DNA of 64,000 nucleotides. It comes from Alphaproteobacteria bacterium (GTDB taxonomy: Bacteria; Pseudomonadota; Alphaproteobacteria; SMXP01). Location: assembly GCA_028285305.1 (NCBI GenBank), contig JANQPV010000037.1, positions 94,838-158,837 of the forward strand, read 5' to 3'. The position numbers and the translations under genes were made by a program. Shown piece by piece: positions 38,741-49,035 of the stretch (its first letter is position 1; every line of letters starts with the position of its first letter). Under the pieces are notes generated by a model. That model worked only from the letters and a program-made list of their open reading frames with translations. It was not told where the DNA came from and ran no database searches.

Positions 38741-39601
38741 ATGACCTCCCCCCTTGACCGAGAAGACTGGCTGGTCACGACGGAATGGCTGGCTGAGAAC
38801 CTGGACTCTGTCAGAGTCGTAGACTCCACCATTTTCCTGCGCTTACAGGATGACGGCTCCTTTCAGATGGAAAACGGCCGAACGATCTACGAGAAGGAGC
38901 ATATTCCGGGTACGGTCTATGCGGACGTGAGCGCGGACTTCGCCGAACCGGGCAGCGACCTAGCTTTTGCCTGGCCGTCACCCGAGCGTTTTGCGCAAAG
39001 CGCCGGCGCCCTCGGTCTCACCAACGATCAACGTATCGTCATCTACTCCGCCGATCACGTGATGTGGGCGACCCGGATGTGGTGGCTCCTGCGCGCCCAC
39101 GGCCATGACCGGGTCTCGGTTTTGGACGGCGGCCTCGGCAAATGGAAGGCCGAAGGTCGGCCTGTGAGCAGCGACCTTCCCACCTACCCGCCAGCGGAGT
39201 TTCGCGTCTCCCTCCGCCCAGAGATGGTCGCCAGCCAAGACGACGTTGCAAACGCTTTGCAAGCCGGATCTCAGTGTGTTCTGAATGCCCTCCCCGCGCC
39301 TATGCATGAAGGAGCGGGCCCCTCGCCTTATGCGCGCCCCGGCCGCATCGCCGGCAGCCACAGCCTGCCCGCCTTTGACATCGTCGGCGAAGACGGCGTG
39401 TTCTTGGAAGCCAGCGCTTTAAGGGAAAAACTAAGCAACAAGCTTGGCCCCGACCGGGCTATCACCTATTGCGGCGGCGGCATCGCGGCAACGACAACGG
39501 CTTTTGCCCTTTCTTATCTGGGTAAGGAGAATGTGGCGGTCTATGACGGTTCCCTCCAGGAATGGTCCGCAAACCCCGATTTGCCTATGGAAGTCGGGTG
39601 A
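38741..39601 (+). CDS. sulfurtransferase (rhodanese-domain; thiosulfate/3-mercaptopyruvate sulfurtransferase)
   Basis: Two rhodanese domains, with the active-site Cys in CGGGIAATT. Confidence 0.8.
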   Translation: MTSPLDREDWLVTTEWLAENLDSVRVVDSTIFLRLQDDGSFQMENGRTIYEKEHIPGTVYADVSADFAEPGSDLAFAWPSPERFAQSAGALGLTNDQRIVIYSADHVMWATRMWWLLRAHGHDRVSVLDGGLGKWKAEGRPVSSDLPTYPPAEFRVSLRPEMVASQDDVANALQAGSQCVLNALPAPMHEGAGPSPYARPGRIAGSHSLPAFDIVGEDGVFLEASALREKLSNKLGPDRAITYCGGGIAATTTAFALSYLGKENVAVYDGSLQEWSANPDLPMEVG

Positions 39602-39864
39602 GGAGCTGAGAAGGCCACCTCGCCTGTCGTTCCCGACTAAGAGCTAAAGTTCCGCCGAGCGGGGCGCCATTCTCAAAACTCGCGTTGCCTGTTATTCGTG
39701 CAGGAATTTCCTCAAGTGTGGATCCCCGCTCTTCGCTACGCTCGGCGGGAAAAGAGGAAATGCTGAGCTAAGCGCCCTGTCACCTTCGCAACAAGCGCGA
39801 GGATGACAAAGCGCGGCTCCATGTGTCTGCCTCCCCCCAGGGGAGAGGCAAAATTTCGCAACGC

Positions 39865-40077
39865 CTATTTCTTGTTGGCTTTCAGGACAAAGGTGACTTT
39901 GAGCTTGACCCGGTACTCTTGGATTTCGCCCTTGTTCAGTTGAATGGACTGATCCTTGATCCAAACGCCTTCCACGTTCTTGAGCGTTTCATTGGCACGC
40001 GCAATCCCCTTTTGGATGGCGTCATCAAAGCTTTTCTTGGATCCGGAAATGATTTCAGTAACCCGTGCAACGGACAT
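39865..40077 (-). CDS. dodecin family flavin-binding protein
   Basis: 70-aa MSVARVTEIISGSKKSFDDAIQKGIARANETLKNVEGVWIKDQSIQL... matches the dodecin signature. Confidence 0.8.
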   Translation of the reverse strand: MSVARVTEIISGSKKSFDDAIQKGIARANETLKNVEGVWIKDQSIQLNKGEIQEYRVKLKVTFVLKANKK

Positions 40078-40339
40078 AATCTTACTCCTTGTTCATAGCC
40101 CGCCCGGAATGAGCGGGGCTCCCAAAAAGCCTAGGGCAGAGGAGGATCAGATAGCAAGGTGAAGACGCCAAATACTACAGCATGGCTGACCCATTTAGTC
40201 CGCATACATCTCATGAAGCGACGTCAGCTTTACAGCTAGGAGCAATCGGGCGCACATGCTAGAAAGACTTAAGCTGTTAGTCACCGGAGTAGAATGAGAA
40301 AGCGACACCTCCAATTACTCCTCAACGAAAGGACAGACC

Positions 40340-40897
40340 ATGGCCCTCACCCTTACCCCCATATGCGACTTCGGCTGGAAAGCGCCTGACTTTTCTCTCG
40401 AAGGCGTTGACGGCAAAACCTATTCCCTATCTGACGTCCGTGGCGAACGGGGCACACTGATCATGTTCATTTGCAACCACTGCCCCTATGTCAAAGCCAT
40501 CATTGACCGTCTGGCGGGCGAAGTCAAAGCTCTGCAAGAGAGCGGCATCGGCGCCGTCGCCATCATGCCCAATGATACGGACGCCTATCCGGAAGACTCG
40601 TTCGAAAACATGAAGCTCTTTGCGTCCGAGAACAATTTCACGTTCCCCTATGTGATCGATCCCACCCAGGAGGTGGCCCGCGCCTATGATGCGGTGTGTA
40701 CGCCTGATTTCTTCGGCTTCAACGCAGACGATGGTCTGCAATATCGGGGACGGCTGGACGCCTCAAAAACGACCCTCGTGCCGAACGCCCGGCGCGACCT
40801 GTACGAAGCCATGACCCAAGTGGCCGAAACCGGCGAAGGGCCCAAAGACCAGATCGCCTCTCAGGGGTGCTCGATCAAATGGCGGACCGCAGCGTAA
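40340..40897 (+). CDS. thioredoxin-fold redoxin family protein (AhpC/TSA / TlpA-like thiol-disulfide oxidoreductase)
   Basis: CNHCP redox motif within a redoxin-domain context (APDFSLEGVDGKTYSLSDVRG...LIMFICNHCPYV). Confidence 0.75.
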   Translation: MALTLTPICDFGWKAPDFSLEGVDGKTYSLSDVRGERGTLIMFICNHCPYVKAIIDRLAGEVKALQESGIGAVAIMPNDTDAYPEDSFENMKLFASENNFTFPYVIDPTQEVARAYDAVCTPDFFGFNADDGLQYRGRLDASKTTLVPNARRDLYEAMTQVAETGEGPKDQIASQGCSIKWRTAA

Positions 40898-40903
40898 GCT
40901 CAG

Positions 40904-41947
40904 TTACGCGACTTTCTTGAGGAGGGGCTCCAGACGCGGATCGATTTCGGGAGAGTTCTCCGCCACGAACTGCAGCAGTGCCCGCTCATTGTCGTGAATG
41001 ATGCCGTCTTTTTCGATGCGGGTAATCACCCATTCCGCTTCTGAATTGGTAATCGCTTCGTTGACGCGGATCCGCGCCTGTTGATCTTCCAGCCGCTGGG
41101 CCCGTTGAGCTTCAATTTCTTTGTCCACGGACAAGGCACCCAAGAGTTCCGGCAGCCCCTTGCCTAAGCTGCTCAGCATGCGGCCAAAAAATCCACCTGT
41201 TGAGCTATCCTCTTCGAGCCAGGCCTCCCGGCGGGCGGCTTCTTCTTGCGAAGGGGCCACGTAGGACAAGGCCGCCATCAGATAGTTCGCCACGCCGCGC
41301 ACGAACAAACGGCGCCACGCAGGATCATTCTCCGATTGAACCGTCTGATCATTCAAGTCGAAGAGAAACTCAGCTTCGGATTTAGAAACGGCGATGTTAC
41401 CTTGGCTTCCGGTACCGAAGATGACGCGCTCGATCAAATCGACCTCTGCCTGACCCAGCACGCCCGGCTTCAAGTCCGGATTGCGAACCAACGGCCCCTC
41501 CCCCGTGAGAACGCACTCTTTGAGCGTGTTGAGAGCAAAGTCCACAAGCGCCGGCGGCGTTGCAAGAGCTTTGTCAATGACATTGACCACCAGTTCGAGT
41601 TCGGAGGCCGACTGTATCCGTCCGTCGCGAGAGACGTGCTTTATGAGAAAGGCGCCGGCTTCCTCGCTCACATAGCCGCGCTGACCTGAATGCCCCAAAA
41701 AGTATCCCGACAAGGCTTCAACAAAAAAGTCCGACCACGACAGAATTGGGTCGTCAATGGTTTCGTTGAGATCAAAGATCCATTCCGCCTCATCGCGTGC
41801 AACCACGCCGTCCCCAAACACTTCACGGCGCAAGGTGATGACATCATCTGCGGATACCGCGCACTTCTCCTTGAGATCGCTCAACAGCGACAGGCTTGCC
41901 TCTTCCATTTGACCCTCAAATTCCGTTACCGGTTTATTTGGGATCAA
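40904..41947 (-). CDS. hypothetical protein with three internal repeats
   Basis: I see three copies of a roughly 90-aa module marked by [ST]xxEAE[WF][IV]...: ARDEAEWIFDLNETIDDP, SKSEAEFLFDLNDQTVQSENDP and TNSEAEWVITRIEKDGIIHDNE. I cannot assign a function to it. Confidence 0.5.
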   Translation of the reverse strand: MIPNKPVTEFEGQMEEASLSLLSDLKEKCAVSADDVITLRREVFGDGVVARDEAEWIFDLNETIDDPILSWSDFFVEALSGYFLGHSGQRGYVSEEAGAFLIKHVSRDGRIQSASELELVVNVIDKALATPPALVDFALNTLKECVLTGEGPLVRNPDLKPGVLGQAEVDLIERVIFGTGSQGNIAVSKSEAEFLFDLNDQTVQSENDPAWRRLFVRGVANYLMAALSYVAPSQEEAARREAWLEEDSSTGGFFGRMLSSLGKGLPELLGALSVDKEIEAQRAQRLEDQQARIRVNEAITNSEAEWVITRIEKDGIIHDNERALLQFVAENSPEIDPRLEPLLKKVA

Positions 41948-41984
41948 GCGTACGGAGGAGAGTTTAAAACATCGCTAAGGATGT

Positions 41985-42347
41985 TTAGGCGCCGATTCGC
42001 TGGGCAATTGTGTTGTCGTCGTTCATGATGAGGACAGTCGGCGCATAGTTGCGCGCTTCCTCGGCGGGCAGTTGAGCAAACGTGGTAATGATCACTTGGT
42101 CCCCCGGCTCCGCCAAGCGAGCCGCCGCACCGTTGAGCATAAACTCCTTAGAGCCACGTTCGCCCTCAAGTGCATAGGTCGTCAGACGCGCCCCGTTTGT
42201 AATGTTCCACACATCCACCTGTTCGAAGGGAAGAATGTTTGCCGCGTCGAGCAAATCCCGGTCGATCGCAATTGACCCCTCATAATGCAAATCCGTCATG
42301 GTCAACGTTGCCCGGTGGATCTTCGATTTCATCATCGTCAACAGCAT
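41985..42347 (-). CDS. panD: aspartate 1-decarboxylase
   Basis: [16 protein letters not shown]...GSIAID, with the processing-site region GS conserved. The start is at Met13 of the listed ORF. Confidence 0.88.
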   Translation of the reverse strand: MLLTMMKSKIHRATLTMTDLHYEGSIAIDRDLLDAANILPFEQVDVWNITNGARLTTYALEGERGSKEFMLNGAAARLAEPGDQVIITTFAQLPAEEARNYAPTVLIMNDDNTIAQRIGA

Positions 42348-42583
42348 GGTGCCCTCACCTTCCGCGAACACGATCGCGCTCAAAATTGAGTTGTCAGGAT
42401 AGGAGCTAGGGGCCGTTCAGGGCGTCATGCCCAGTGCCATACTCGCAAAGTGTTGCGATAGCGTGGCCCAAACCGTCCGACCGAGGTATGACCCGGCACC
42501 AAGAGGAGTGGCAGCTCAAGGCAATACTATAAGCGAACGAGGGGCCAGACTCAAGCAAGGTATCCGCGAAGGGACACGCCAAC

Positions 42584-45118
42584 TTAATTGTCTAAGAAAC
42601 TCCGCAACTTCCGGCTACGAGACGGATGCTTCAACTTCCGAAGGGCCTTCGCCTCGATTTGGCGGATGCGCTCTCGCGTAACCGAAAACTGCTGACCCAC
42701 CTCTTCCAGCGTATGGTCCGTGTTCATGCCGATGCCAAATCGCATGCGAAGCACCCGCTCCTCCCGCGGCGTTAGACTGGCGAGCACCCGCGTGGTCGTT
42801 TCGCGTAAGTTCGACTGGATCGCAGCATCAATGGGGAGCACCGCGTTCTTGTCTTCGATGAAGTCGCCCAGATGGCTGTCTTCCTCGTCGCCAATTGGCG
42901 TTTCGAGGGAGATTGGTTCCTTGGCAATCTTCATCACCTTACGAACTTTCTCAAGCGGCATTGCCAATTTTTCTGCCAGCTCTTCAGGGGTCGGCTCACG
43001 GCCGATTTCATGGAGCATCTGGCGTGAGGTGCGCACGAGTTTGTTGATCGTTTCGATCATATGGACCGGAATGCGGATGGTGCGCGCCTGGTCGGCGATC
43101 GACCGCGTGATCGCTTGGCGGATCCACCAGGTGGCATAGGTTGAAAACTTGTAGCCGCGCCGATACTCGAACTTGTCCACCGCCTTCATCAAGCCGATGT
43201 TGCCCTCTTGAATGAGGTCCAAGAACTGCAGGCCCCGGTTGGTGTATTTTTTGGCGATGGAAATAACGAGGCGCAAATTGGCCTCAACCATCTCCTTCTT
43301 TGCGATCCGGGCTTCCCGCTCACCCTTTTTGACAAGCTCAACGATCCGCCGGAAGTCGCTAATCAAAAGGCCGGTCTCCATGCCGATTTGGGCGATATCT
43401 CCGCGGATATCGAGAATTGCGTCTTCCTCCGACTGGGTAAACGACTGCCAGCCGGCACCCGGGAGCTCAGCTGCGCTCTGGAGCCATTGCGGATCGAGTT
43501 CGGACTCGAAGTAGCGCTCTAGGTACTCGGATCGCGAAACGCCGTGGCCTTCGGCCAGGCGCAACAATTTGCCCTCGAGACGCATCAGAACTTTGTTGAT
43601 GTCGTAGATCTGCTCGACCAGCTGTTCAATCCGCGCATTGTTCAAATGGACGGTCTTCACATGTTCGATAATGTCCGCTTTGAGCTTTTTGTAGCGGCGA
43701 ACCTGACTGGCGCTGAGACTGCCACCGCCGAGAGTCAATTCAATTTGTTGATCCTGCAGTTTGCGGAATTTCTTGTATTCGGCGGCGATTGCATCGAACG
43801 TTTCCATCACTTTCGGCTTGAGCTCAGCCTCCATCGCAGCCAGTGAGAGGTTGTTTTCCGCATCCTCGTCATAATCATCTTCGTCGTTCTCAGGCAGCTC
43901 TTCTCCCGCCTCTTCGGCGGCTTTGCGGCGTTCTTCACGCTTTTGTTCCGCGATTTCACGCTCGCGGCGCGCAATCACTTCCGCCTTGTCTTCCCCATTC
44001 TTCTCAGCTTCAAGAGCTGCCATAGAATGGTCGGGCTGGTTTTCAGGCCCACCGCCAAACGTTGTGTCGAGATCGATAATCTCTCGCAAAAGAATGCGGC
44101 CCTCGGTCAATTCCTCGCGCCAAACCAAAATCGCCTCGAAAGTGAGCGGGCTTTCGCACAAGGCTTGAATCATCGTCTCGCGGCCAGCTTCGATGCGCTT
44201 TGCAATCGCGATTTCACCTTCCCGCGACAACAGTTCCACACTGCCCATTTCACGCAGATACATGCGCACGGGGTCATCCGTTCGGTCAGCAACGGTGGTG
44301 GATTCACTTTTGGTTTTCGTAACGCCCGTCGATTCACGGGTCGTCAGCGCATTGCTATCCGTGGCGAGTTCTTCGGACTCATCGTTCTCCACCACGGAAA
44401 TGCCTTGGTCACTCAGCTGTGACATAAGATCTTCGATCTCTTCCGAACTCACACCGTCTGCCGGCAGAACTTCGTTCAGCTCATCATAGGTAATGTAGCC
44501 GCGGTCTTTTGCCCGCTTCATCATCTTCTTTACCGCCGAATCGCTCAGGTCGAGCAGAGGCCGGTCGCCTGATGTCTCAGACTTACCGCCGGTCGACTTC
44601 TTGCTCTTCGCGGAAGGCGTAGCCGCAGCAGCATTAGCGGCTACCTTTGCTGCCGCATTGGTCGTAGCGCCATTCGCTTCAACCGATGCATTTTCCTCTG
44701 TGAGCTTCGAATTGGCTGCTTTTGCAGTCTTTGTAGCAGCAGACTTTGTTGAAGCCGTCTTGGCCGAAGATTTTGTTTTCTTGGCTTGGGTTTCGGGAGC
44801 GGCCTTAGCTGCCGTCTTTTTGGCGGTGGTAGATTTGGTTGCAGTTGCAGTTTTTCTCGCGGCCGCCTTGGTTGCCGCAGCCCGCGTTTTTGTCCGCGCC
44901 GTTTTCGCCGCAGGTTTTGCTAGCTTTGTTTTCGCAGAAGCGGGTGATTTCGCGGAAGCTGGTTTTCGGCCGGCTGGCTTCGCTTCGGCTTTCGACGCAG
45001 TTGTCTTCTTCGTTGTGGAAGACTTTGTGGCTGCGGATTTCGTTGCCGAAGTTTTGGTTGCCGATTTTCGCGCAGTTGGGCGTTTGGTTTTTGAAGTTGA
45101 TTCTGCTGCTGTTGCCAT
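42584..45118 (-). CDS. rpoD: RNA polymerase sigma factor RpoD (sigma-70) with ~183-aa Lys/Ala/Thr-rich N-terminal extension
   Basis: All sigma-70 regions are present: region 1.1 ([34 protein letters not shown]), regions 2-4, and the C-terminal [17 protein letters not shown]. The first in-frame start upstream of region 1.1 is the ATG at 45118, which has a GAGGGG RBS and an in-frame TGA just upstream. Confidence 0.9.
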   Translation of the reverse strand: MATAAESTSKTKRPTARKSATKTSATKSAATKSSTTKKTTASKAEAKPAGRKPASAKSPASAKTKLAKPAAKTARTKTRAAATKAAARKTATATKSTTAKKTAAKAAPETQAKKTKSSAKTASTKSAATKTAKAANSKLTEENASVEANGATTNAAAKVAANAAAATPSAKSKKSTGGKSETSGDRPLLDLSDSAVKKMMKRAKDRGYITYDELNEVLPADGVSSEEIEDLMSQLSDQGISVVENDESEELATDSNALTTRESTGVTKTKSESTTVADRTDDPVRMYLREMGSVELLSREGEIAIAKRIEAGRETMIQALCESPLTFEAILVWREELTEGRILLREIIDLDTTFGGGPENQPDHSMAALEAEKNGEDKAEVIARREREIAEQKREERRKAAEEAGEELPENDEDDYDEDAENNLSLAAMEAELKPKVMETFDAIAAEYKKFRKLQDQQIELTLGGGSLSASQVRRYKKLKADIIEHVKTVHLNNARIEQLVEQIYDINKVLMRLEGKLLRLAEGHGVSRSEYLERYFESELDPQWLQSAAELPGAGWQSFTQSEEDAILDIRGDIAQIGMETGLLISDFRRIVELVKKGEREARIAKKEMVEANLRLVISIAKKYTNRGLQFLDLIQEGNIGLMKAVDKFEYRRGYKFSTYATWWIRQAITRSIADQARTIRIPVHMIETINKLVRTSRQMLHEIGREPTPEELAEKLAMPLEKVRKVMKIAKEPISLETPIGDEEDSHLGDFIEDKNAVLPIDAAIQSNLRETTTRVLASLTPREERVLRMRFGIGMNTDHTLEEVGQQFSVTRERIRQIEAKALRKLKHPSRSRKLRSFLDN

Positions 45119-45283
45119 ATGCTCTACGCCTTGCCCCTCATTGTCCCGTCCAAACCCCTCATCCTATCATTGAAGCTCATTGTCTCTTCAAAACTCACCG
45201 TATCTCTTCAAAAACTCACTGTGCCGTTCAAATATGACTCGCTTCGCGCGGATTTCGCATATACGCGCGAAACAGACCCTCTC

Positions 45284-47197
45284 TCAGTCGTTTTGATCGA
45301 ACTCGTGCTCCCGCCGGTGCTGTTCCGCCTTGAAGCCCAACAAACGCGCAAAATTTTCGTCTGTCGTCTCCTCGGTTAGGTCGTTTTCCAGCGATCGCCG
45401 TTCAGTTTCTGCTTGTTCACTCAATCGCAAACGCAAGCTGTCTTTCCAACCAGACTTCGCGCTCGCAATATCCGTTTCGGGCTTCGCAAAGTCATGTGTA
45501 CTCGAGATCGGTTGCGCAGTCAGCTTTCTCACGATTCGCGAACACCCTTGTTTGACGAGGTGGTCATGCAGGCTCAATCTGTCAAGTGACTCACCCAAAC
45601 CCGCTATCGTTATGATTTCCTTTTGCAGTCTGTCAAGTTGAGGATTCTCAAACGTTAGTCGCTCAAAATCGTCAAAGTGATCATCTAATATCTTGGGATG
45701 GTTGAGAACCGTGAGAACCAGAAGCTCATCTCGTCCACTTGACGGAACGGATGCTTTGGCCAGTGGGCTATTTTTCAATGCCGTCGTTGTTGAGGGCCGC
45801 GAAAACGCAAGATTCCCAGCATACCGTCCTTTCGACCGGTCATGCCCAGACATCATCGGACCCTGGCGCGGACCACGTCCGACGCCGAACTTGGGGGGAC
45901 TTTGGGGTTGAAGGGCTGCTGTTTGCATCGATGCCGCTAGCTTCGCCTTGATCTCGTACGCGTAGTGCTGTTTCACGGTGGAGTCTTTAATGGTGTTTAC
46001 CAATTCTCTTAACGATTGTTGAAAACCGGCGCGTCGATCTGGTGTCGTTAACTCTTTTTTTGCCTGTTCCCGTTGCCAAATCATGTCGACCAATGAGACC
46101 CGATCAGCAAGCATTCGCTGGAGAGCATCAGCCCCGTCGCTCCTCAGCACATCATCGGGATCCTGACCCGATGGCAACAAGCAAAACCAAACCGATTTTC
46201 CCGGTGTCAGTAAGGGCAGAGTTCGGTCGCACACCGCATGAGCAGCCTTAAGACCGGCCTTGTCACCGTCAAAGCAAAGAACCGGTTCATCCGTAATCCG
46301 CCACAGAGCCTGCAAGTGCATTTCGGTCAATGCGGTCCCCAAAGGCGCGACCGCCGTGGCAACACCTGCGTCATGGAATGCAATGACATCCATATACCCT
46401 TCGGCAACGACCAACGGCGTATCGGTATGTCTCTGGTTGGCCGCTTCCCGCGCCTTTTGAAAGTTGTAGAGTGTCTGGCCCTTATCGAACAAAGCGGTCT
46501 TGGGAGAGTTCAAATACTTAGCTTTGTCGTCAGGCGACAGGGCCCTGCCGCCAAAGGCGATGACGCGGCCCCGCCAATCGGTAATGGGAAAGATGATTCT
46601 ATTTCGAAATATACCGTAAGCAGATGAACCATCTTGAGAGTGGTTGGCCAAGCCGGCTTCGATGAGCTGATCCAGACGAAAGCCGCGGGCAGAAAGATAG
46701 GACTCCAACGGACGTAACGATTGAGGTGCAAAGCCTAAGCGAAAATGCTTGATGGTCGTATCTGTCAGGCCCCGAGATACAAGGTAATCCCGCGCATGTT
46801 TCCCCATCGCTCCAGCAAGCTGGCTCTCAAAGAACGTTGCTGCCCCTTCCAATAGATCATAGAGCGAAGCCGCTTGCCGTTGACGCCTTTCGGTCTCCGG
46901 ATCGGGCTTTGGCAACTCAAGACCCGCATCGGCGGCCAAAAGCTCGATCGCCTCGGGAAGCGAAACGCCCTTAAGCAGCATGAGGAAATCGAAGTGGTCC
47001 CCGTGCTCCCCGCTAGAATAACACGTAAAGGTCCCTTTTTGATCATCGACGAAGAACGAGGGGGTCTTTTCGACATTGAAGGGGCTTAGCCCTCTCATCA
47101 ACCGCCCACTCCGCTCCAGTTTGACGTGCGGGGCAACAACGTCGGAAAGACGAAGGCGCGATTTGATCTCTTCGAGGAAAACTCTGGGATACTTCAA
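45284..47197 (-). CDS. dnaG: DNA primase
   Basis: TOPRIM/RNA-polymerase core (EGYMDVIAFHDAG), C-terminal DnaB-binding region and the conserved dnaG-rpoD gene order. The N-terminal zinc-ribbon ligands are mostly substituted. Confidence 0.88.
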   Translation of the reverse strand: MKYPRVFLEEIKSRLRLSDVVAPHVKLERSGRLMRGLSPFNVEKTPSFFVDDQKGTFTCYSSGEHGDHFDFLMLLKGVSLPEAIELLAADAGLELPKPDPETERRQRQAASLYDLLEGAATFFESQLAGAMGKHARDYLVSRGLTDTTIKHFRLGFAPQSLRPLESYLSARGFRLDQLIEAGLANHSQDGSSAYGIFRNRIIFPITDWRGRVIAFGGRALSPDDKAKYLNSPKTALFDKGQTLYNFQKAREAANQRHTDTPLVVAEGYMDVIAFHDAGVATAVAPLGTALTEMHLQALWRITDEPVLCFDGDKAGLKAAHAVCDRTLPLLTPGKSVWFCLLPSGQDPDDVLRSDGADALQRMLADRVSLVDMIWQREQAKKELTTPDRRAGFQQSLRELVNTIKDSTVKQHYAYEIKAKLAASMQTAALQPQSPPKFGVGRGPRQGPMMSGHDRSKGRYAGNLAFSRPSTTTALKNSPLAKASVPSSGRDELLVLTVLNHPKILDDHFDDFERLTFENPQLDRLQKEIITIAGLGESLDRLSLHDHLVKQGCSRIVRKLTAQPISSTHDFAKPETDIASAKSGWKDSLRLRLSEQAETERRSLENDLTEETTDENFARLLGFKAEQHRREHEFDQND

Positions 47198-47214
47198 ACC
47201 CCTCGGCCCTTATT

Positions 47215-47685
47215 CTAGTGACTGGACAACAGCTCTTTCACCACCCCGCTCGCCTTGGCGAAATCCATTTGACCGCTATACTTTTGTTTTAAGGTCCCCA
47301 TACACTTGCCCATATCCTTCAACCCTTGAGCCTGCAATTCCGCAATGACGTCTTTGCACGCTTTTTCGATTTCTTCAGGCATAAGCTGTTGCGGCATGAA
47401 TTCTTCAATGACTTCGATCTCTTGGCGTTCCTGCTCAGCCAAGTCCAGCCGACCCGCTTCTTCGTAAGTTTGGGCTGATTCGCGCCGTTGTTTGACCATT
47501 TTAGACATGATGGACAGAATGTCTTCGTCGGAAACACCCTCTGGTGAGTCAGGCGAGCGCGCAGCGATATCTCTGTCTTTAACCGCCGCCAAAATGAGTC
47601 GCAACGTAGAGACTCGAATTTGGTCCTTGGATTTCAAGGATTGCTTCAAAGACTCATTAATTCGTTCACGCATTGGTGTGCTCAT
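47215..47685 (-). CDS. GatB/YqeY domain-containing protein
   Basis: MSTPMRERINESLKQSLKSKDQIRVSTLRLILAAVKDRDIAARS is typical of YqeY. The start is uncertain (Met7 or Met11 of the listed ORF). Confidence 0.75.
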   Translation of the reverse strand: MSTPMRERINESLKQSLKSKDQIRVSTLRLILAAVKDRDIAARSPDSPEGVSDEDILSIMSKMVKQRRESAQTYEEAGRLDLAEQERQEIEVIEEFMPQQLMPEEIEKACKDVIAELQAQGLKDMGKCMGTLKQKYSGQMDFAKASGVVKELLSSH

Positions 47686-47850
47686 GATCAATCTCTCTAA
47701 CATACCTTCCTTAGATGCGAGGCAACAAACCTGTGAACAAGGCCAGGCGGACGCCTATCATAACAATTCTGGGTGATCACTTCTTGACGGCACTTAAGTG
47801 ATCGCATACCTTCCCGCAACTTTGCGCTCAAGAAGCTCCAGTTCCGTAAA

Positions 47851-49035
47851 TTGACGTTGTATTCAGACGATAAACCTACCGGCGCACTCGCCCTAAGCGA
47901 CGGTACCATTTTCTACGGCCATGGGTTTGGTTACGAAGGTGTAGCCGTCGGCGAAGTCTGTTTCAATACTGCAATCACGGGTTACCAGGAAATACTGACC
48001 GACCCATCATATGCGTCGCAGCTGGTCACGTTCACGTTCCCGCACGTCGGTAATGTGGGTACGAATGATGAAGATGTCGAGTCCTCCACAGTGATGGCGG
48101 AAAAGGCGGCCAGGGGATGCATCGTGCGAACGCCTGTCACGGCTCCCGCAAATTATCGAGCTCAAAACCACTTCGCATCCTGGTTGAAAGAGAGAGGCAT
48201 TGTTGGTTTGTCGGGCGTAGATACGCGTGCTCTGACAAGGTACATCCGGCAACGTGGCATGCCAAAGGGCGCAATGATCCATCGACCCGATGGAGAACTA
48301 GAAATCGAACACCTGCAAGAGCAAGCCAAATCTTGGGCTGGTTTGGAAGGGGCCGACCTCGCCGCCAGCGTTTCAGCACGCGAGAGCTTTGAATCTCAAG
48401 AAGGCATCTGGGATTGGCCTCACGGCTATCGGGCAGAAACATCGGAACGACACGCTCGGATTGTCGCGATCGACTTCGGTGCAAAGAAGTACATCTTGCG
48501 CCTGCTCGCCAAGAGCGGCTTCGAAGTAAAGGTGGTCCCAGCCAGTTCGACGGCTGATGAAATTTTGGCTCTCCAGCCAGATGGAATCTTTTTATCAAAT
48601 GGCCCCGGCGACCCGGCAGCAACGGGAACATATGCCATCGGCGAAGTCCAAAGGTTGATCCAAAGCGGTCTACCCATATTTGGAATTTGTCTCGGCCATC
48701 AATTGTTGGCGCTGGCCTTGGGGGCGAAAACCTCCAAAATGCATCAAGGTCACCATGGCGCCAATCATCCGGTCAAAGATCTAGAGACCGGAAAGGTTGA
48801 GATCGTCTCAATGAACCATGGCTTCACGGTCGATCAAAACACATTGCCTCCGGATGTTGTCGAGACGCATATCTCTCTCTTTGATGGCACCAATTGCGGA
48901 CTGCGCGTCAAGGACAAACCCATATTTTGCGTTCAGTACCATCCCGAAGCGTCACCGGGACCACAGGACAGCTACTACCTGTTCGAGAGGTTTAAAGACG
49001 CCGTTGTCGCGGTAAAAGCCATTCGTCATGCCTAA
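47851..49035 (+). CDS. carA: carbamoyl-phosphate synthase small (glutamine amidotransferase) subunit
   Basis: N-terminal CPSase small-chain domain and a class-I GATase domain ([14 protein letters not shown]). The TTG start follows an in-frame stop. It overlaps the carB start by 8 nt. Confidence 0.9.
   Translation: MTLYSDDKPTGALALSDGTIFYGHGFGYEGVAVGEVCFNTAITGYQEILTDPSYASQLVTFTFPHVGNVGTNDEDVESSTVMAEKAARGCIVRTPVTAPANYRAQNHFASWLKERGIVGLSGVDTRALTRYIRQRGMPKGAMIHRPDGELEIEHLQEQAKSWAGLEGADLAASVSARESFESQEGIWDWPHGYRAETSERHARIVAIDFGAKKYILRLLAKSGFEVKVVPASSTADEILALQPDGIFLSNGPGDPAATGTYAIGEVQRLIQSGLPIFGICLGHQLLALALGAKTSKMHQGHHGANHPVKDLETGKVEIVSMNHGFTVDQNTLPPDVVETHISLFDGTNCGLRVKDKPIFCVQYHPEASPGPQDSYYLFERFKDAVVAVKAIRHA

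Noticed and set aside
39828-39849. GC-rich hairpin GCCTCCCCCCAGGGGAGAGGC downstream of the dodecin gene as a terminator
   Set aside because: The stem is plausible, but there is no U-tract on the dodecin (minus) strand side; on the plus strand it is followed only by AAAATTT. The evidence is too weak to call.
44601-45237. Plus-strand ORFs (190 aa and 132 aa, Ala/Phe/Val-rich) antisense to the rpoD N-terminal extension
   Set aside because: They are mirror images of the Lys/Ala/Thr-rich codons of the rpoD extension; the complement of AAG/GCN/ACN has no stops. They show no family signal and overlap a gene with strong homology.
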